Source of the DNA: Pseudogymnoascus verrucosus
Lineage: Eukaryota
Strand: one strand, 5' to 3'
DNA length: 64,000 nt
Assembly: GCA_001662655.1 (NCBI GenBank)
Contig: KV460229.1
The notes under the pieces are model-generated. The model was not told where the DNA came from, made no database searches, and saw only the letters and a list, made by a program, of their open reading frames with translations. Both the position numbers and the translations under genes were made by a program. Shown piece after piece: positions 36,677 to 51,092 of this stretch (positions within the stretch are counted from its first letter, which is position 1; the number at the start of each line of letters is the position of its first letter).

Positions 36677-39600
36677 TGAGAGTGGAATTGCTACATTGCC
36701 GACAAGCATGGTGCTGATGCGGGGATTTCCATTCAATATATATGGACTGCCGAAGCGCAGACGAGCATGACGCGGCTCCCCACACCGCGACAGGAGAAGT
36801 CCAGACTCCACCTCAGCCGCGTGAAACACCAACAGCGAGAGTCACGGGCCTGGACCGGTGAGCTGACTCGTGGGAGGAGGCGGGGACATAAAAATCCTTC
36901 ACACACGTGCGCCCGAGACCTCGATGGGCAACGTCCTTGTGCTACCACGATCTCCGACCGCGGCAACACGTGCGTTGCAGAGGACATGTCATATCATGGC
37001 GATGCCATGTCTACCGATAGGCCAAGTGAGGTGAGATTAGATGAGGTGGCCGAGAGACCTTAGCCAATGCGTTGGTGGTTTCTCGCACACCAAGAGAAAA
37101 AAACAGGCTTGTGTGCGCGATGGATCGCCCTGAATGTCTCACCGAGACAACACACTCTCCAATGCAACAATGTCTCTCTACCCCTCCCCCCTCAATCTCT
37201 CCAGGCGAGCGGTTCCTTTCCCGTCATGCATCGCCTGCACGCACCTTACTCTACAACGGAGTAACCTCCGACTCCAATCCCAGAAACTTGTATCTGCAAA
37301 CCCCTCCCAACTGCCGTATCTGCCCCCATTCCAGTGAACGGCCCGCGCCAGATCTCCACTGCTCCCTGGTACTGACTCGCACCGGATTGAGATCCCGCCC
37401 CGACGTGGGAGGAGCTCATATAGGTACGGTGTCAATAGTTGGGTGGTTATGCGGGAGGGCGGGGTAGGTAGTGGGGGATCTGATAGGGAGGGGCACAGGG
37501 AGCACGGATAGGGAAGGATTGGGAAATGGGAAGGATGGGGCTGTAGCGCTGAAGAATTCGATGGTTTGCATACGGGAGTGAAGTGGATATTGGCGGGACA
37601 GTACAGTTTGTAGCGCTGTCGAAAGCGCTGACGTGCGGGAGGGAGTGGAGTGAAAGCTGGGATGAGACAGACATCGATATCATGGTGGGGTGGGAAGCTG
37701 GGATGAGACAGCCCTCAAAATATGATAGTGGAGCGTGCGACGCCGGAGGTGGATAAAAGGGGGTGGCGCCCGTGCTGCCGCCGCGGCTGGGGAGCAGCTT
37801 CCGGATGCCGGGAGTGGGGGGGATGCGAACGCCAAAAGTTGTTTTTCCTTTGGCCGGGATGGCGTAAGATCAAGATTAGGGCCATCCATGATCTCCTGCG
37901 ATGCAGGTGCGATGTGAGGTCGATGCCGATGGCCGATGCGATCCCGTACGGTGTTAATGCGAACTATACAAGCGTTGGTGCTGAGAGCTACTGCAACGGA
38001 GAGCTTTTAGCAGATGGATGAAGGCATGCATGGGATCTATGAGATTTAGTCACCGAGCATGCATGCATCGTTCATCTTCGGAGATCTAGGGCGCCGGCGG
38101 GGCGGGAGTGTCCCGCGAGTCATGGCGTGCATGAGGAGAGTGCCAGTTTTGGGATATGACTGGGGGGTTCGAGGTTGTTTCGTGATGCGCTGTAGGCGCT
38201 GAGTGGACAGGACAGGAGGAACACAATATGGGATATTCCCTCATATCTGAAAATGCGCATTACCTACAAAGGAGTAAATGAATTCTACGGCATTCGGGAA
38301 CTGGCTGTAATTTTTAATATGTAATTGTGTAAATTTATAATATATATAATATCCATATAAAAAATAAAAGAGGCAGAGTAAAAATAAATAAGCCCATGCA
38401 CTGTAACACAGCATGTGCGCACTGTAAATCATTCGCTAGACAGCCGCTTAGAACATCCCAAACATCACCAAACGGTAAATCCACAATGCATCTCAAAAGT
38501 CTCACATTTCCCAGATCTAGCATTTCCCCATGTCTTTCTTCCTGCACGGCACAATAGCCCCGCAGAAAGCTCGCAAGCCTACCCAAACTCACCTTCTCCC
38601 GCATATTCTATTCCAAATACCCAAGACACCTATCCACAGTGGCTGGCTGAACCCATTGCTAGCCCTACATGACCTCAAAACAACATCTGGCCAGGAACAT
38701 CTCAGACATTATACGCAACGAGGCGATATATCACCGAAACTTCCCCGCATTCACTCTTCTTCCACGCCCTGAGCGAGAAGACAATTGTCTCAGGTAGGCA
38801 ACTTACCCAACCGAGCGATCTACAATACGTATGTACGCGGCAGCCTCCACGCTTTCGCCGCGCCCGACCTCGCCGGAATACGACGTTGAGGTGGCGAAAG
38901 AAGTCTACTAAAGGAAGGCGACTATGCAATATGTGGCCTTCTGGAGGGCCCGGGAACCGGGTTCGCACGCGGAAGGTGAGACCTGCGGCTGCATGAGAGG
39001 CAAGAAGGGAAGAGATGCAGCCGTCCTGTTCCTGGACGAGCTGAAGCCGGGAGCAATATGGTTTCAAGATGGTAGTAGGGACGTAATGATTGAAACGGAC
39101 CGATGGACTGAGAAATGGCGGACTGACTGACAGGCTGACAGCGGCGGTGGTAGTGGCGCCGGGCTGTCATCTTATCCACCTCCCCGCAAAGTCTAGTACT
39201 CATTACACTCATTACCACCACGGCTCAGCCGCAAACTTATCCGAGCAGTACTGTACTGTGCTGCCTGTGGTGGTGCTCTCTCTCAACGCCAAAACCAGGT
39301 CTCTGGCAGTGGTCCAGGGGCCCTCGCTCACACGAAACAAACCCTCGCAACCCTCTTTCGCCACCCCGAATCCCACGCCCGCGTCCCTGGCCCAACCCCC
39401 AGTCAGCTATGGCCACAGCGAGCGTCTCCCTGGACCCGCTTGCCCGGTGCTGGGACGGGATGTCCCGGCCGTCCTGCGCTCGGAAGCGAGGTGTGATGCA
39501 GGGAGGAGGAAAGGTACAGTAGTCCTGTACGTAGCTTACGAAGCCAAAGCATTCTACTCTAGGCACTTGTAGGGCGCCGTCTCGTTTGGGACGTTGTGGA

Positions 39601-42600
39601 CGCGGCTTCATGCTTCTCGGCCCGTTTTGGCGGTTGCTGCGTTCGCATGGGGATGAGCAAGTTTTCTTCTTGCTTCTGGTGCTCTAGCTGGAATTCTCTT
39701 CCTGGACGCTACAGCGAAGACGACCACTGTGCGGGTGGTCCATGCTACAGTAGGATACAGTAGTCCGTCGCTAATTTACCAACCCCCCCTTAGCGCGTGG
39801 GGGTCTGCAAGCGCACTGTCTGTTGTGTGTCCTGTTCTTCTCGAACTCGTCGCTACCCACGTTTGGAGGGAATGAACAGGGGCGTGGATTGGGTTATTGC
39901 ATGAGCGCCCCCCGACGCGCCTCCACGGAGGGAGGGGTCGTGGTGGGAATAGCTTGCGAGGATGGGATGGTGTGGGATGGGTGTGGGATGGGTGTGATGT
40001 GCCTTATGCGCTCAGGACGGCCGTGCGAGTTGGCATCGATGACGATGCTCGGTGGGTGATGCGAGTGTTGCTGGTTATGCGGCATGGTGTGGAGTTTGAG
40101 GCTGGGCGGGGGGGACGGTGTGGAAATTATACAATACGTTATGAGTACTTACGCCCGGCTTCCCAGTGCTCGATGTGGTACATATACACGATATGTACTG
40201 TATAGTACTTTTTATGTACGTACTATACAGTGCAGTGCCGTGCAAGAATGGCCAACCCAACATCACGACCACGTCCTCAAGAGTCGCAGGGGCCTGTCGG
40301 AAGGCAAATTCCTTGGTGGATGGTGATGGTGGTGGGTGGGAGGGTGTGGATTGGCATGGAAGCGGGTAGGTGTATGGAGGCACAAATTGATTGGGCCGCA
40401 GCGGAGATTTTTCCTTTTCCAAAGCAATGGATTGGGTTGGTTGGGTGTGATATGGTATGTGGCTTAAGGGCGGAGGGGTACAGAGGATATGGGTGTGCTT
40501 GGAAAGGGATGCCGGCTTATGTGACATCCTGCCTTGGGGGGGTGAGGAAGGAACGAGGCATCAAACCAGGAAAGGCGAGGAAGGAACGAAGGGCCTGGTG
40601 CAACATCGCAATTACCCCACGATCACGAGGCTGGTTCTCGGATCTGTGATCTTGATAACTGAGTATACCTGGGGTTACTACAGTATTGTACCGCGATTTG
40701 GTCAAGGAATGGTCCGTGTACTCATTTGAATAACAGATTGGTAATTGGTGAGCACAGTCTTTCCAACACGCCATCATCATCATGCCTTCCTTCTCCCAGG
40801 TCTTCGGGCCCAGTGGGGTGGGGCTGCGCTCGGTGACCGGGTCCGAGCAGGGTCTTGGCGATAAAATGGGGAGGGAAAATGCAACTCAACGTATGATCCC
40901 GTGTGTGGGATGTGTCGGATGGGGGAAAAAGCGAGGGGGAGATAAGGATGCGCGCGCTGGGACAGAGGCGGTGGTGGGTTACCGTACGAGGGGTTTCCGG
41001 CGCCGTAGGTGCTATAAGCCTGGTGCGATGATCGACCGAGCCGGCAAAAGGTGCGCAGGGCGCGCGTGGTATGGGTGTGTGGTGCCGCGCAGTGCAGGAT
41101 GTGTGCTGTGCAGGTATGTGATCCGGAAGGGAGGGTGCAGCTGTCTCGAGTTTCCGAGTGTGTCTCGAATTCGAGTCAGTTAGGGGAGGGGGGTGACTGA
41201 GAGATGAGATGAGATGGATGGATGGGCTTCAACACCCTTCACCGTGGCGATGTGGGTAATCCCGCTATTCAAGTTTTCGGCGAAGACACACTATCGTGCG
41301 GTACGGACGGCGGTACGGCCAGAGCCATTTCTTCTCATGGCCAGCGCGATACAAAATAGTGGAAGAGCAGCCCGCCGGCACTCCACAGCGGGGACAGACG
41401 CGGCGAGCTAACTTGAAAGCGAGAGCTCCGTTTCCCAGCTGCTACCTGTCAAGTCTAGTGCCACAGTCCATTATTGCCAGTCCACTGAAAACCCCACTGT
41501 CAGTCCACCGTCACTTTTTGGGTTGCTGTGGGTGTGATTGGGCAGCCCTCAGCCGATTTAGGGGTATACTTTGGTACGGTGGTGTACTCAAAAGAGTGGT
41601 GGTGATTATGATTCCCTGGATCCCGGACGGGGTTTGCTAACCCCTGAACCCCAGGTTGGCGGGTGGGATTGGACGGGTGCTTGGATAGATTTTGGGGCAT
41701 GTTTTGCGGCGGGTGATTTGCGGTACAGGAAGAGTACAGGATGCACTCTCTACTGTACTGACTGTACTGACTGAGCTGACCGATCCGAAGACAACGCAGT
41801 CAACACCCAGCTCAGACTGTATTGATACTGCAGGAATCACAACAGATATTCCCGTACGACGACAACAAGCACCACAAACACGGCAAGAGAAAAGCGGTGG
41901 AGAGAAGCCGATTGTACTAGTACCGCCATTCAAGCCACAGATTCAAAGCAGGAGACTGGTAGACAGAAGAAGGGAGAGGCGGTGGGAGAGAGGGAGGAAC
42001 CGTCCAATAGTCGTGGCTACCTGCTGTATTTTATGCGTCTATCCTTCCGGTATGCATGTCGTACTGCACTCGACGGCGCAGTTTTATAACATGTACTGTA
42101 CTACTCATGATCGAGGACTCGAATACTCGAACACATACTATAGTAACATACTATAGTACATCCTTTGTACACACTTTTTTGTCCTTCCTCCCTAATCCAT
42201 GGCTGTTTGCTTGCTTGCTCGCTTCTATTCTGGAGCTCTCCTCCTCTCGGTTGCATGGATCTAATCCCTCCCTGCATTACCCACTACTACCCCATTACAG
42301 TACAGTGCGAACTTTCTTAGCTTTCTCCAACCGATTCTCGAGTCCCGCCTCACATCGCACATCGCTCATCGCGCAGCTTAAAACTCCCTTGCGCTGTGTG
42401 TACTATTGGACGAAAAGAGGAAACGCCGTCGCTCACCTCTCTTTTGCCTCTTGGTACCAGCACAGTACTCTCCCAACCCGTCGCTGTCGGCAAGCCACTT
42501 ACTTCCCTCCTCTTAGTTCCGTGCTTCCTGCAACAATACCTTCCAGACTCCCGCCCGAAACATTTCTCCCTCGTCCTCTTGCCCTTCTCTTTGCTTCACT

Positions 42601-43604
42601 CGTTCGCCCCCTCAGACACTGAGCTTCCCTGAACAGCTGGGCCCGACACTGCAGAACAGACCGGCCCCTTGCGCGTCCCTCCGCACAACCCCTCATTCCG
42701 CCTCTGAAAGCCTGCCATCTCCCTGCCGCTGCACCGTTTCGTACACCTGCAACGAACCACCAACCCGGATCCCAAGCTTCGACACAAACAGCCGCACCTC
42801 CCCCCTCTCCCCCACCCACCTCACTGTCAACATCTCGTCATTCAGTCCTGCAGATCTCCTACCCGCTCCACGACCCCCGTTTGCGCCAGGGAGGGTCGCA
42901 CCTGCGCCAGCAGACTCCGAAAACAGAACAACGGGGACGTACTGTACTTCCGAGAGTATCCAAGGGTTGTTCAAGGGTCATATCTAGTCAGTTACCTTAG
43001 CTCAGAGTGCGCGCTAGCTCGTCCTGCGGTTTAGGTCCCGATCGATCTTACTCCCACAGTCGGGAGAGCCCAGCCCGGCAAACATCCACCCACCCACCTA
43101 CCCGCCACACCCACCACAACACCATCACCAGCTATACACTGCACATCGACTCGCTCAAAAGGAGCAAACACTTCCTGCCCGTGTACGACGCTGCTCCATG
43201 AACTGCTGCTCGCCACTCCTCGAACTACTACTGGCCACAACCACGGCCATGCTCCTATACATTTGATCCCCTCACCCGCAGAATCTCTCGAGCTGTCGTG
43301 TCTCTGTCGAATTCCCTTGGGAAGACAGCCCTCCAAGTTGGACTCTGACGCAGATGGTGCCCTGCCCTCGTCGAAATCCTGTGCTACCGCATCCGCGCTG
43401 TGAACTTTGCAACCCGAAAGCCCCATCTCAGACCGTCGATACACAGACACACACACACCGCCTCCTGACCGTCGGTTCTGGTCGCACATACCCGGACGAG
43501 TGCATGGGATTAGACGCTCGCTGGTGTCATTTTTTGCCATAGCCCCTCAGAGTGGAATCTCTGCGTCTTAATGCCCAGCGCATCGCCCATACTTATAAGT
43601 CGAC

Positions 43605-46600
43605 ATGGATACTGGACCCCCCGACGCGAAACGCATACGGGCTGATCCGAGCCCTTGGTCTGCGAACGAGTCCCATATTCATAGACATCCCGGAGGACAC
43701 CCGTACCCTCAGGCAACGCTTCCGCAACCACAACGTCGACTATCAGGCCCCCGGCAACACTACGAGCCGGACAATACGCGCCGACACTCACAAGCCCATC
43801 CCTACGATTCCTACGGAACGCTAGGGCCGCGAGATCCAGCCATCAAGCCAGATCCCAACGAGCCACCCCCGTTACCCAACTCGAGGCCACACTCGGAGGG
43901 ACGCCGCAACGAGGGCCACGCCAATATCCCCCCGGGCGACTTGCGCGTCCAACATATGAGACCATACGATCAGCCGCCGGCCCCGTCACAGGGCCCCCAG
44001 CATTACATCCCGCAATCGCAACCGCAACAGTCACCGATGCATACGCCTCGGCCAGGGCAGATTGCCTACGAAGGAAATGGCATGTACGAGCAGAATGGAG
44101 GAGAGGGGGCATCGGGGGTTCCATTCGAGTATACGGGGGTCGCGAGCTCACAGAAGAAGCGAACGCCACGAACTACAATGGTAAGGAAGCATAACCCCAT
44201 GAGCCCACATCGTGGGTGGAAACTTACCTGTGTATAGGCTTGCGACGCTTGCCGCGCTGCGAAGGCGAAATGTACCGATCCCAAGCCGTGCCAGGGATGT
44301 AAAGACAAAGGCATCGACTGCAAATTTCCTGAGCCTGCCCAGAAACCGTAAGTGCAGAAGAGATTTGTGAAGTGATAATGCTGACGCCACCAGGGCTGAT
44401 AGGGCACAGTCGGATATAATAACTCGTATGGGCGAGCTGATCAAGGAGGTCCAAGATTCGCGCGCGAGTGTCGTACGTGAGGTTAGGCAGCTTAGACGTG
44501 AGGTTACGAGACTGCATGATCGGCAAAGGGTCATTGAAAGGGGCCTTTGCCCAGCTAATCCTGGCTTGTCTGTTCTTCTGGACGCTTACGACGAAAAGAC
44601 GCGCCAGATAAAAAAAGAAGACGACGCCGATGACCTATATGAATTGGAACGACCCACAAAAAGGCACAAGTCGGAAACAAATGGCGTCGGTTTCACCCAC
44701 CCCGAAGATGATGGGCTTGGGGATGACCAGGCGGATTCGGATGATGGGAGCGAGAACCACGCCGTGGCGAATGTGCCACCTGGCGAACCTGCGATACCCG
44801 AGGGCCACACCACTGGTGCTGCCCTCGTCCTCCTGTGGGACGCAGTGGGGGCCATGGTGAAGGAACCGATGAAGAAAGACAAAAACAGAGGCCTTAACCC
44901 ACTACGGCGCGAGATTAGTCGCGGAGTTTTGAGTCTGTACGGACGTGGTGAGGGTTTTGAACGGTCAGTAGGATACGACAAGGACTCTATGCCAGACTAC
45001 GGCCTCGAACCTCCGAGGTCGAGCAGCGATACCTATTCTGATCCGGCACATTCACCAACAGTTGAGCAAATTTGGAGCCAAGGCGCACAAAGCCCCGTGG
45101 CAGACTCCTACCTGTTCCGCGCCGAGAGCGATGCTAGAGCGGCCGCGGTTGATACAACAGGGCCTCCGATCCTAGATGAAAAAACGGTGCGGCGCCTAGC
45201 GGCGAGCTACATGAATTATTTAAATGTCATGCATCCAATCATAACCCAGAAGTCCCTCGACGGGATGATTACCAAATTCCTGCAGAATGTGCAGAGTGTT
45301 GGGGCGCCAGAGAAAGATGGAGCAGGGTACAACTTCGCGTCGTTTGCCGGCAATACTGATACCACCGGTTCCAAGCGGAAACGGTCGCCAACGGTGTCAG
45401 GCTCCGATCATACTTTTGCACCACAGCTCGGCCACGGGTGGCGCCAGCAGACAATCAGCGAGGCCATCGTGCTCTTGATCCTAGCTTTGGGCAAGGTATG
45501 CGAGCACCAGAGCAAGATTCCCGATGTCGTCCCAAACAACGATAGCTCGACAATGAACTCGCCTGCGAATCATGTCTCGCCCCCGATAATGCACCAGTCG
45601 CCACAGTTGTCATCGCACTCGTCGACGCTGCCGTCGCCGATTATGCAGGACCGGGCACATCATCGCAGCTCAAGCGACATACCCAGTGCCCGATACCCAC
45701 CTGGTACGCGTAACCTCGATATTGTACCTGGCTTGCCGTATTTTGCCGCTGCCACGGAAATCCTAGGAAACCACCAAGGCGGCACAGGACTGCCATTCGT
45801 TCATGCCTGCTTGCTTGCCGGCTTGTACCATAGCCAACTTAGCCGTGTGCTGCAGAGCCACGCGTGTTTGAAGGAGGCTGGATATGCGCTGACCATTATG
45901 TTGAAACCGTGAGTTTCCCTTCCTCTTCTGACACGGGAACTCGTCTTGTCTCGTGCTGTACGGTATACTAACCCGAAATAGACATCTTCCACGTTATAAG
46001 CAGATGCTAGAGGATATGGGCGATGCAGTTCGGCGACCTCAGATCAAGTGGCTTCCGGAAGATAACCGTACCCTGTTTACGTTCTGGACTTGCCTCCAGC
46101 TAGAGAGGTGTGTATCCCCGTGTCTTAGCTGCGAACCCAACTGACTTTGTGGCAGTGACATCGTCGCCGAGCTAGACGTACCACAATCGGCTATCCTCTC
46201 GCTTGAGTCTATAATGCCGTGGCCGAACCTGGCCATGGCGGAACGTAACAACGAGATATCCGCGAAGGCATCATGGTGCTATTCCATGCAGCTCGTATAC
46301 CGGAAGAAACTTAATATTATACACCGGGATCTGTATGGTCCAGGGAAGGAGAATGGTACGTTCCGGTCTCCCCAGAAGCAATTAGGCGACTAACGTGACC
46401 CCTTTTCACAGAGTACCAGCTTGCAGAAGTGAACAAGCTCCCAAAGTTCCCTTACATCAACGCGATGCTCGATGAGCTTAAGAAAGTGATGGACACCAAC
46501 CCCAACCTCGTGTGGGGCGGGGACGACCCTCCATCCTCGGACATCCTCGAGGCGCGGCTGCGTGCTAAGATGTACGGTGCGGAGGTTATCACGACCCGTC

Positions 46601-47236
46601 ATTTCTTGCGCATGGTACTTAATAGCCGATATGACGGTAATCAAAATATGGTGATCTCAGCGCCGATCATGGAGTTTGCGCAGCAGTGTATTCGCGCCAT
46701 GTTCCACTCGGCGCAGGCGTTTTGGGGCATCCAGGGTGGAAGGCTTGTGGTTACTAATGTTTGGGGGACGTCACATGCGTAGGTTCCTACTTTTCTTTAG
46801 TCCCGTTTCTTCCGTCCTGATTGCCTATTTGCTGCCCAATTATTCTCTACGTGTCTTTGCGGACGTTGGATCTTACAGAGCGCACCTCCCTGGTGCATTA
46901 CAAAAGCTAATACACCACAATAGCCAATGGGGACATGCCATCGTCCTTCACGCCGCCTACAGGGACCCCCGGTTGCGCCCTTACGTTCCCAAGCGCGATC
47001 TAATAGAGCTAACCAAACGGGTACGCCAATTCCTCGTGTCGGTGGCGCACCCAAGTAGTGCTCTTGCGGACGACATTCGAATCCTAGACTATGCGACTGA
47101 TGCGTCGGGGTTGGGGGAGGAAGTTGCAGCGATGTCGAGGAGAGGATCACGAGTGGGGTCAAGGGGAGGATCGGGTGGAGCGGGAAGCAGTTTTGGATCA
47201 AACGGCCCAGATGTGGGGTCGCATAATAGGGCTTAA
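43605..47236 (+). CDS. Large Zn(II)2Cys6 transcription factor with fungal-specific middle homology region, ~7 exons
   Basis: ACDACRAAKAKCTDPKPCQGCKDKGIDC after intron 44181-44237; YLNVMHPII, FWTCLQLESDIVAELD, ARLRAKMYG, VTNVWGTSHAQWG. Confidence 0.88.
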
Positions 47237-48302
47237 GGGGCCGCGGCGTGGCTGCTAACCTTGGTTGCGGCAACGAACGGATTGTGTCAGCCCGGCAAAT
47301 ATCGGACATGCTTGGAACCTCCGACACATTCGACACCTTGGCTCATTACGGTGTATATGTACGGATATATCTACATATACCCATCCCGGTACCGCGCACA
47401 ACAGAACGCGCGCATACGGATCATACATTTTACCTCATCTAATTTCAACACATATAGCACGGTGACAACACAACACATCACCTTCTCTGGCGCGGCTGCA
47501 ACGGACAGGCAGCGCGCATCGTACATATACACTTACGCATATACTTACTCACGTACATACCCACACCTGAACACATAACCAAACACCAAAACCGAGGATG
47601 TGGATAGGTGAACGGGGTGAACGGGTGAGCGGGGCGGACGGATAGGGGCGTGGACAGGGCGGCTACTTGACATAATGTTTTTTTTTGGCGGCATTTGATT
47701 TTATTTTCGCGCATGGTGGGGGAGGTGGATGGATTGGGGGGTGGGGGGATACCATGGAAATGGAGGGGGCACAAGGAACAACAAGGGGTTGGGGGGATGG
47801 AGGATTGGGTGGGGGGGGCTGGCTTTTTGAAATACCTTACCATTTTATGCGTATTTTTGCGAATTTAGCCTTGTTTGGCTTTTGCTTTTTGCGTTTGGGC
47901 GGCATGCGATTTGCGATTTGCGAATTAGCTCTCTTTTGTTTGTTTGACTGTAAGGGGGTAGTATATTGGTGAGGTGAAGGAAACAAACACGCGTGGGAGA
48001 TGGCACGCCGCGAGGCAGATAACAAGAGGCTGGGGGCTGTTCGTAGCTCAGATAGATGAAATATCAAGGGAGGGATGTTGTTACTCATATATGGTCTGGA
48101 TGGTATTCATGTGATTGATGTGAGAGTCGTAACGTCGTAACCAAGGTAATCTATCCCATCTCATACTTCCTGTTTCGCTCGGCGTGTGGAGTGTTCCTCC
48201 ACTCCATCCCGGTCTATCTCCTAGCCCATAACCCCTCTCTGGTCATCCAGCCCATACTAACTTACTTGAAATTGAAGCCACCGACACACCCACCCACAAC
48301 AA

Positions 48303-49292
48303 CTACAGCATTACACCCACCACCGCAACCCAACCATCCGCATACGCGCACTCGCGCATTAGGTCCTCAAGCGTGGCGTGTAGTGGCACACGGGCGCCGT
48401 GCAGGATTGCGGCAGCGAGGATAGGGTCGCGGCGGGAGGGGAAGAGGGTGGGGATGAGGGTATGGAGTGCGTGGCCTAGTGTTTGATGGTCATCTGTGAG
48501 GGGTTAGTAATCTGCAGGAAACATTGGGGTGTGGAAGGCGAAAAGGAAGGACAGAACGCACTATTTGGCAGCCGAGGCGGAACGAGTCCTTGGATGACGC
48601 GAAAGGAACCGGTGTTGTTGGTGCCGCTGTCAGGGTGAGGGATGTATATTCGTAGTGGGATATGCCGCAGTGGTGAGGCGGGGTTGAGGAGGGGGCGGGT
48701 GAGGGCCGCAAAGACGGGGCAGTTGTCTATGGGTGGGGTTGTTAGTTATTGACCATATATATGATGCGGATGAGGTTGAAGACAAGGGGAAGCAAGGGGG
48801 TAACGAACTATCTTTCACGGCGTCCCATAGCGCAGTTGAGTTCTCGGCTGACATGGACATAATCCCCTTTGCGCTCCCATATCGGAGGAAATCAGCCTGT
48901 CTCTCATTAGCACTCATCTCATCCACCTCCTCGGGAAACAGAATACATCAACTCACCTCCTTAACACTATTCATAAACCCATCCGCAACTCCCCTCTCTC
49001 CCACCCCCCACCCATCCCCAACCTCTATCCTCCATGGAAGCTGCGGCGCATATAGATCCGCCAGCAACCCCGCAGGAAGGAGGCGTAACTCGATTCCCTC
49101 GTGTGTGAATGAGGAGAGCGGGACCTGGAAGAAGACCGAGAGGCGCGGGAGGAGGAGAGGGAGGTAGGAAAGCCGCGGGATGTTGAGGAGGTAGGGCGGA
49201 GGCGGGCCGGAGGAGGGGTGGAGGGAGGGGGCGAGGGTGATGTGGAGGGGGACTGTTGCGGACCAGATTTGGGTTGTTAGAGGGCTGGCCAT
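48303..49292 (-). CDS. ATG5: Autophagy protein Atg5, 4 exons
   Basis: IWSATVPLHI, PRLSYLPLLL, LPAGLLADL..LPW, FMNSVKE|ADFLRYG (conjugation Lys), LRHIPLRIY, QTLGHAL, YADGW. Confidence 0.92.
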
Positions 49293-49609
49293 GGTTGGGG
49301 TTGTGGGGTTGGAGGTGGAAGAGGAAGGTGGGATGGGGTGGAAGGTGGGTGTTTGGAGGCGAGGCTGGGGTTTGGGCGAGGCTGAGATGTGGGGGTTTGG
49401 GTGTAGCCTTGGGGTTGTGTGGTAGCCTCGTCTTTGGTGGGGGGTTTGAAAGATCATGACAACATGATACTTTTTCAGCGTGTACGCTTATTAAATAATA
49501 GGAAGACATAAATTTGTCAGTAAATCCAACATTTTAATTAATTAGACAGTCTTTTATGAAGCCAAAAACCAAAAAAGAACTCCAAATTTCCATCCATCAA
49601 TCACTTCGG

Positions 49610-50400
49610 CCCAGCATCGTCCACAAGCCATCAAACTGTCAACAGCGGTATTGCTCAAGCCCACACAATCACATTCTTTTTTTTGGGGGCCATTTGGACT
49701 GCTATACCATCAGTGAAGGCCCCATTAGGTGTTTTGAAAGATGAACTAACTCCTCCAAATACTGAGAATGAATAGCCTCGCCTCCGAGCTTGTCAATACC
49801 CAGCACATCCGGCATGACAGGGCTGTAAATGCTGCCATTGGCGATAATGAGTTTATCAAATTCTTCCTCTGGAGTTTGAACCTGATCTGTTGATGCTTAT
49901 TATCCACTCGCCACCCTTTTCTGATCGACTGATCCCCATCACGTTACTACCCAGCCGCAAAGTGGGCCTGAGCTGAAAATTGTCGACATACTCCCCCAAG
50001 TATTTTGAACTTGAGCACTGGTCGGATAGTCCGGTACATCTGGCATATTAATATTAGCTTGGAGCAACCGGGACGGAGGTTTCGGGAAAGCGCCCACCGT
50101 CAGGAAATAGGAGGTTGGTTAACGACTTCTGAAGTCCAGCTGTTACCATCCACTCTCTTGGCTTCAAGAGTGATTATGTTTTGGACATACCCGCTGTTTC
50201 GATTGATTCGAGGTGGTAGCTGTATTTATCAGTGACTGCTAGAAATATAAATCCAAAGAGAACTCACTCGGCAACACTGACGTTTGAGCTTGATCAGTCC
50301 TGACTGTCCAAAGGGCCTCAATGTATTCACTTCGGTCATATCCCACTACATCAAAGCCGACTTCAAGCATATTCTTCACCGTAACAATGCCATATACGCC
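49610..50400 (-). pseudogene. Flavin-containing monooxygenase (FMO/dimethylaniline monooxygenase-like) pseudogene, truncated
   Basis: Exon fragments GIVTVKNMLEVGFDVVGYDRSEYI..LW...TSVLP, TSNQSKQR, DVPDYPTSAQVQ/fs/KYLGEYVDNFQLRP, /fs/ EEFDKLIIANG...MPDVLGIDKLGGEAIHSQY, VGLSNTAVD. Confidence 0.75.
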
Positions 50401-51092
50401 TGGAAAGTAAACAGGGTTTCCAACGATTCTCAGTTAAATGCCCAGCGGTATCGTGAAATGAGGCAAAACTGGAAGATCCAGAGTATTGGGAATAACGACA
50501 TTTGGACAGTGTCACGGGACAATATTAATGAACGCTCGCCGGATCCGTTCGGGAATATCACGTTTTAAAGACAAAGACGTACCAACACACCTAGAAAACA
50601 AGGGAGGTGACTTTCATCGAGAGTTGAGTTGTCGTTTTATCCGTCGCTTTAAACGCGGGAAGGTGTTGATGATAGGGAAGGTGAGACGCTAATAATGGTC
50701 TTGGTATTGTTCTCATCTTTGAACCGAGACGAGACGGAACCAACACTGCAGATCAGCGATGCATTACAGCACAGCAAACCCCTCAATCGATGGGGTCTGA
50801 GACTCACGACCCTTATTGCTGATGTTGGAAGATTGAAATAGATCATCCCCTTGCGGTAGGATGCGAGTTGCTAAAGGGAGTCTGAAAAGGGAAGGAGTCT
50901 TGACAGGGAGTCATCATAATTCATTCCTATGTGTAGCAAGTAGCAAGTAGCGCTTTCCTCCCAACGCCGTGTCATAACCCACCAATCGATCGAATCCCTA
51001 GCAGCAAACAAAGCTCCTTCCGTCGAAACCCCCACAAAGCAAAGCTCATATCTCAGATCGCTCCTCTGGAGACAATCTCACCCTCCCTACCA

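Noticed and set aside
36700..43500. Many 60-190 aa ORFs, or a telomerase RNA/snRNA, in the large intergenic region
   Set aside because: ORFs are low-complexity with no coherent exon chain; no TAACCCTAA template or snRNA signature recognised by eye, though a lncRNA cannot be excluded
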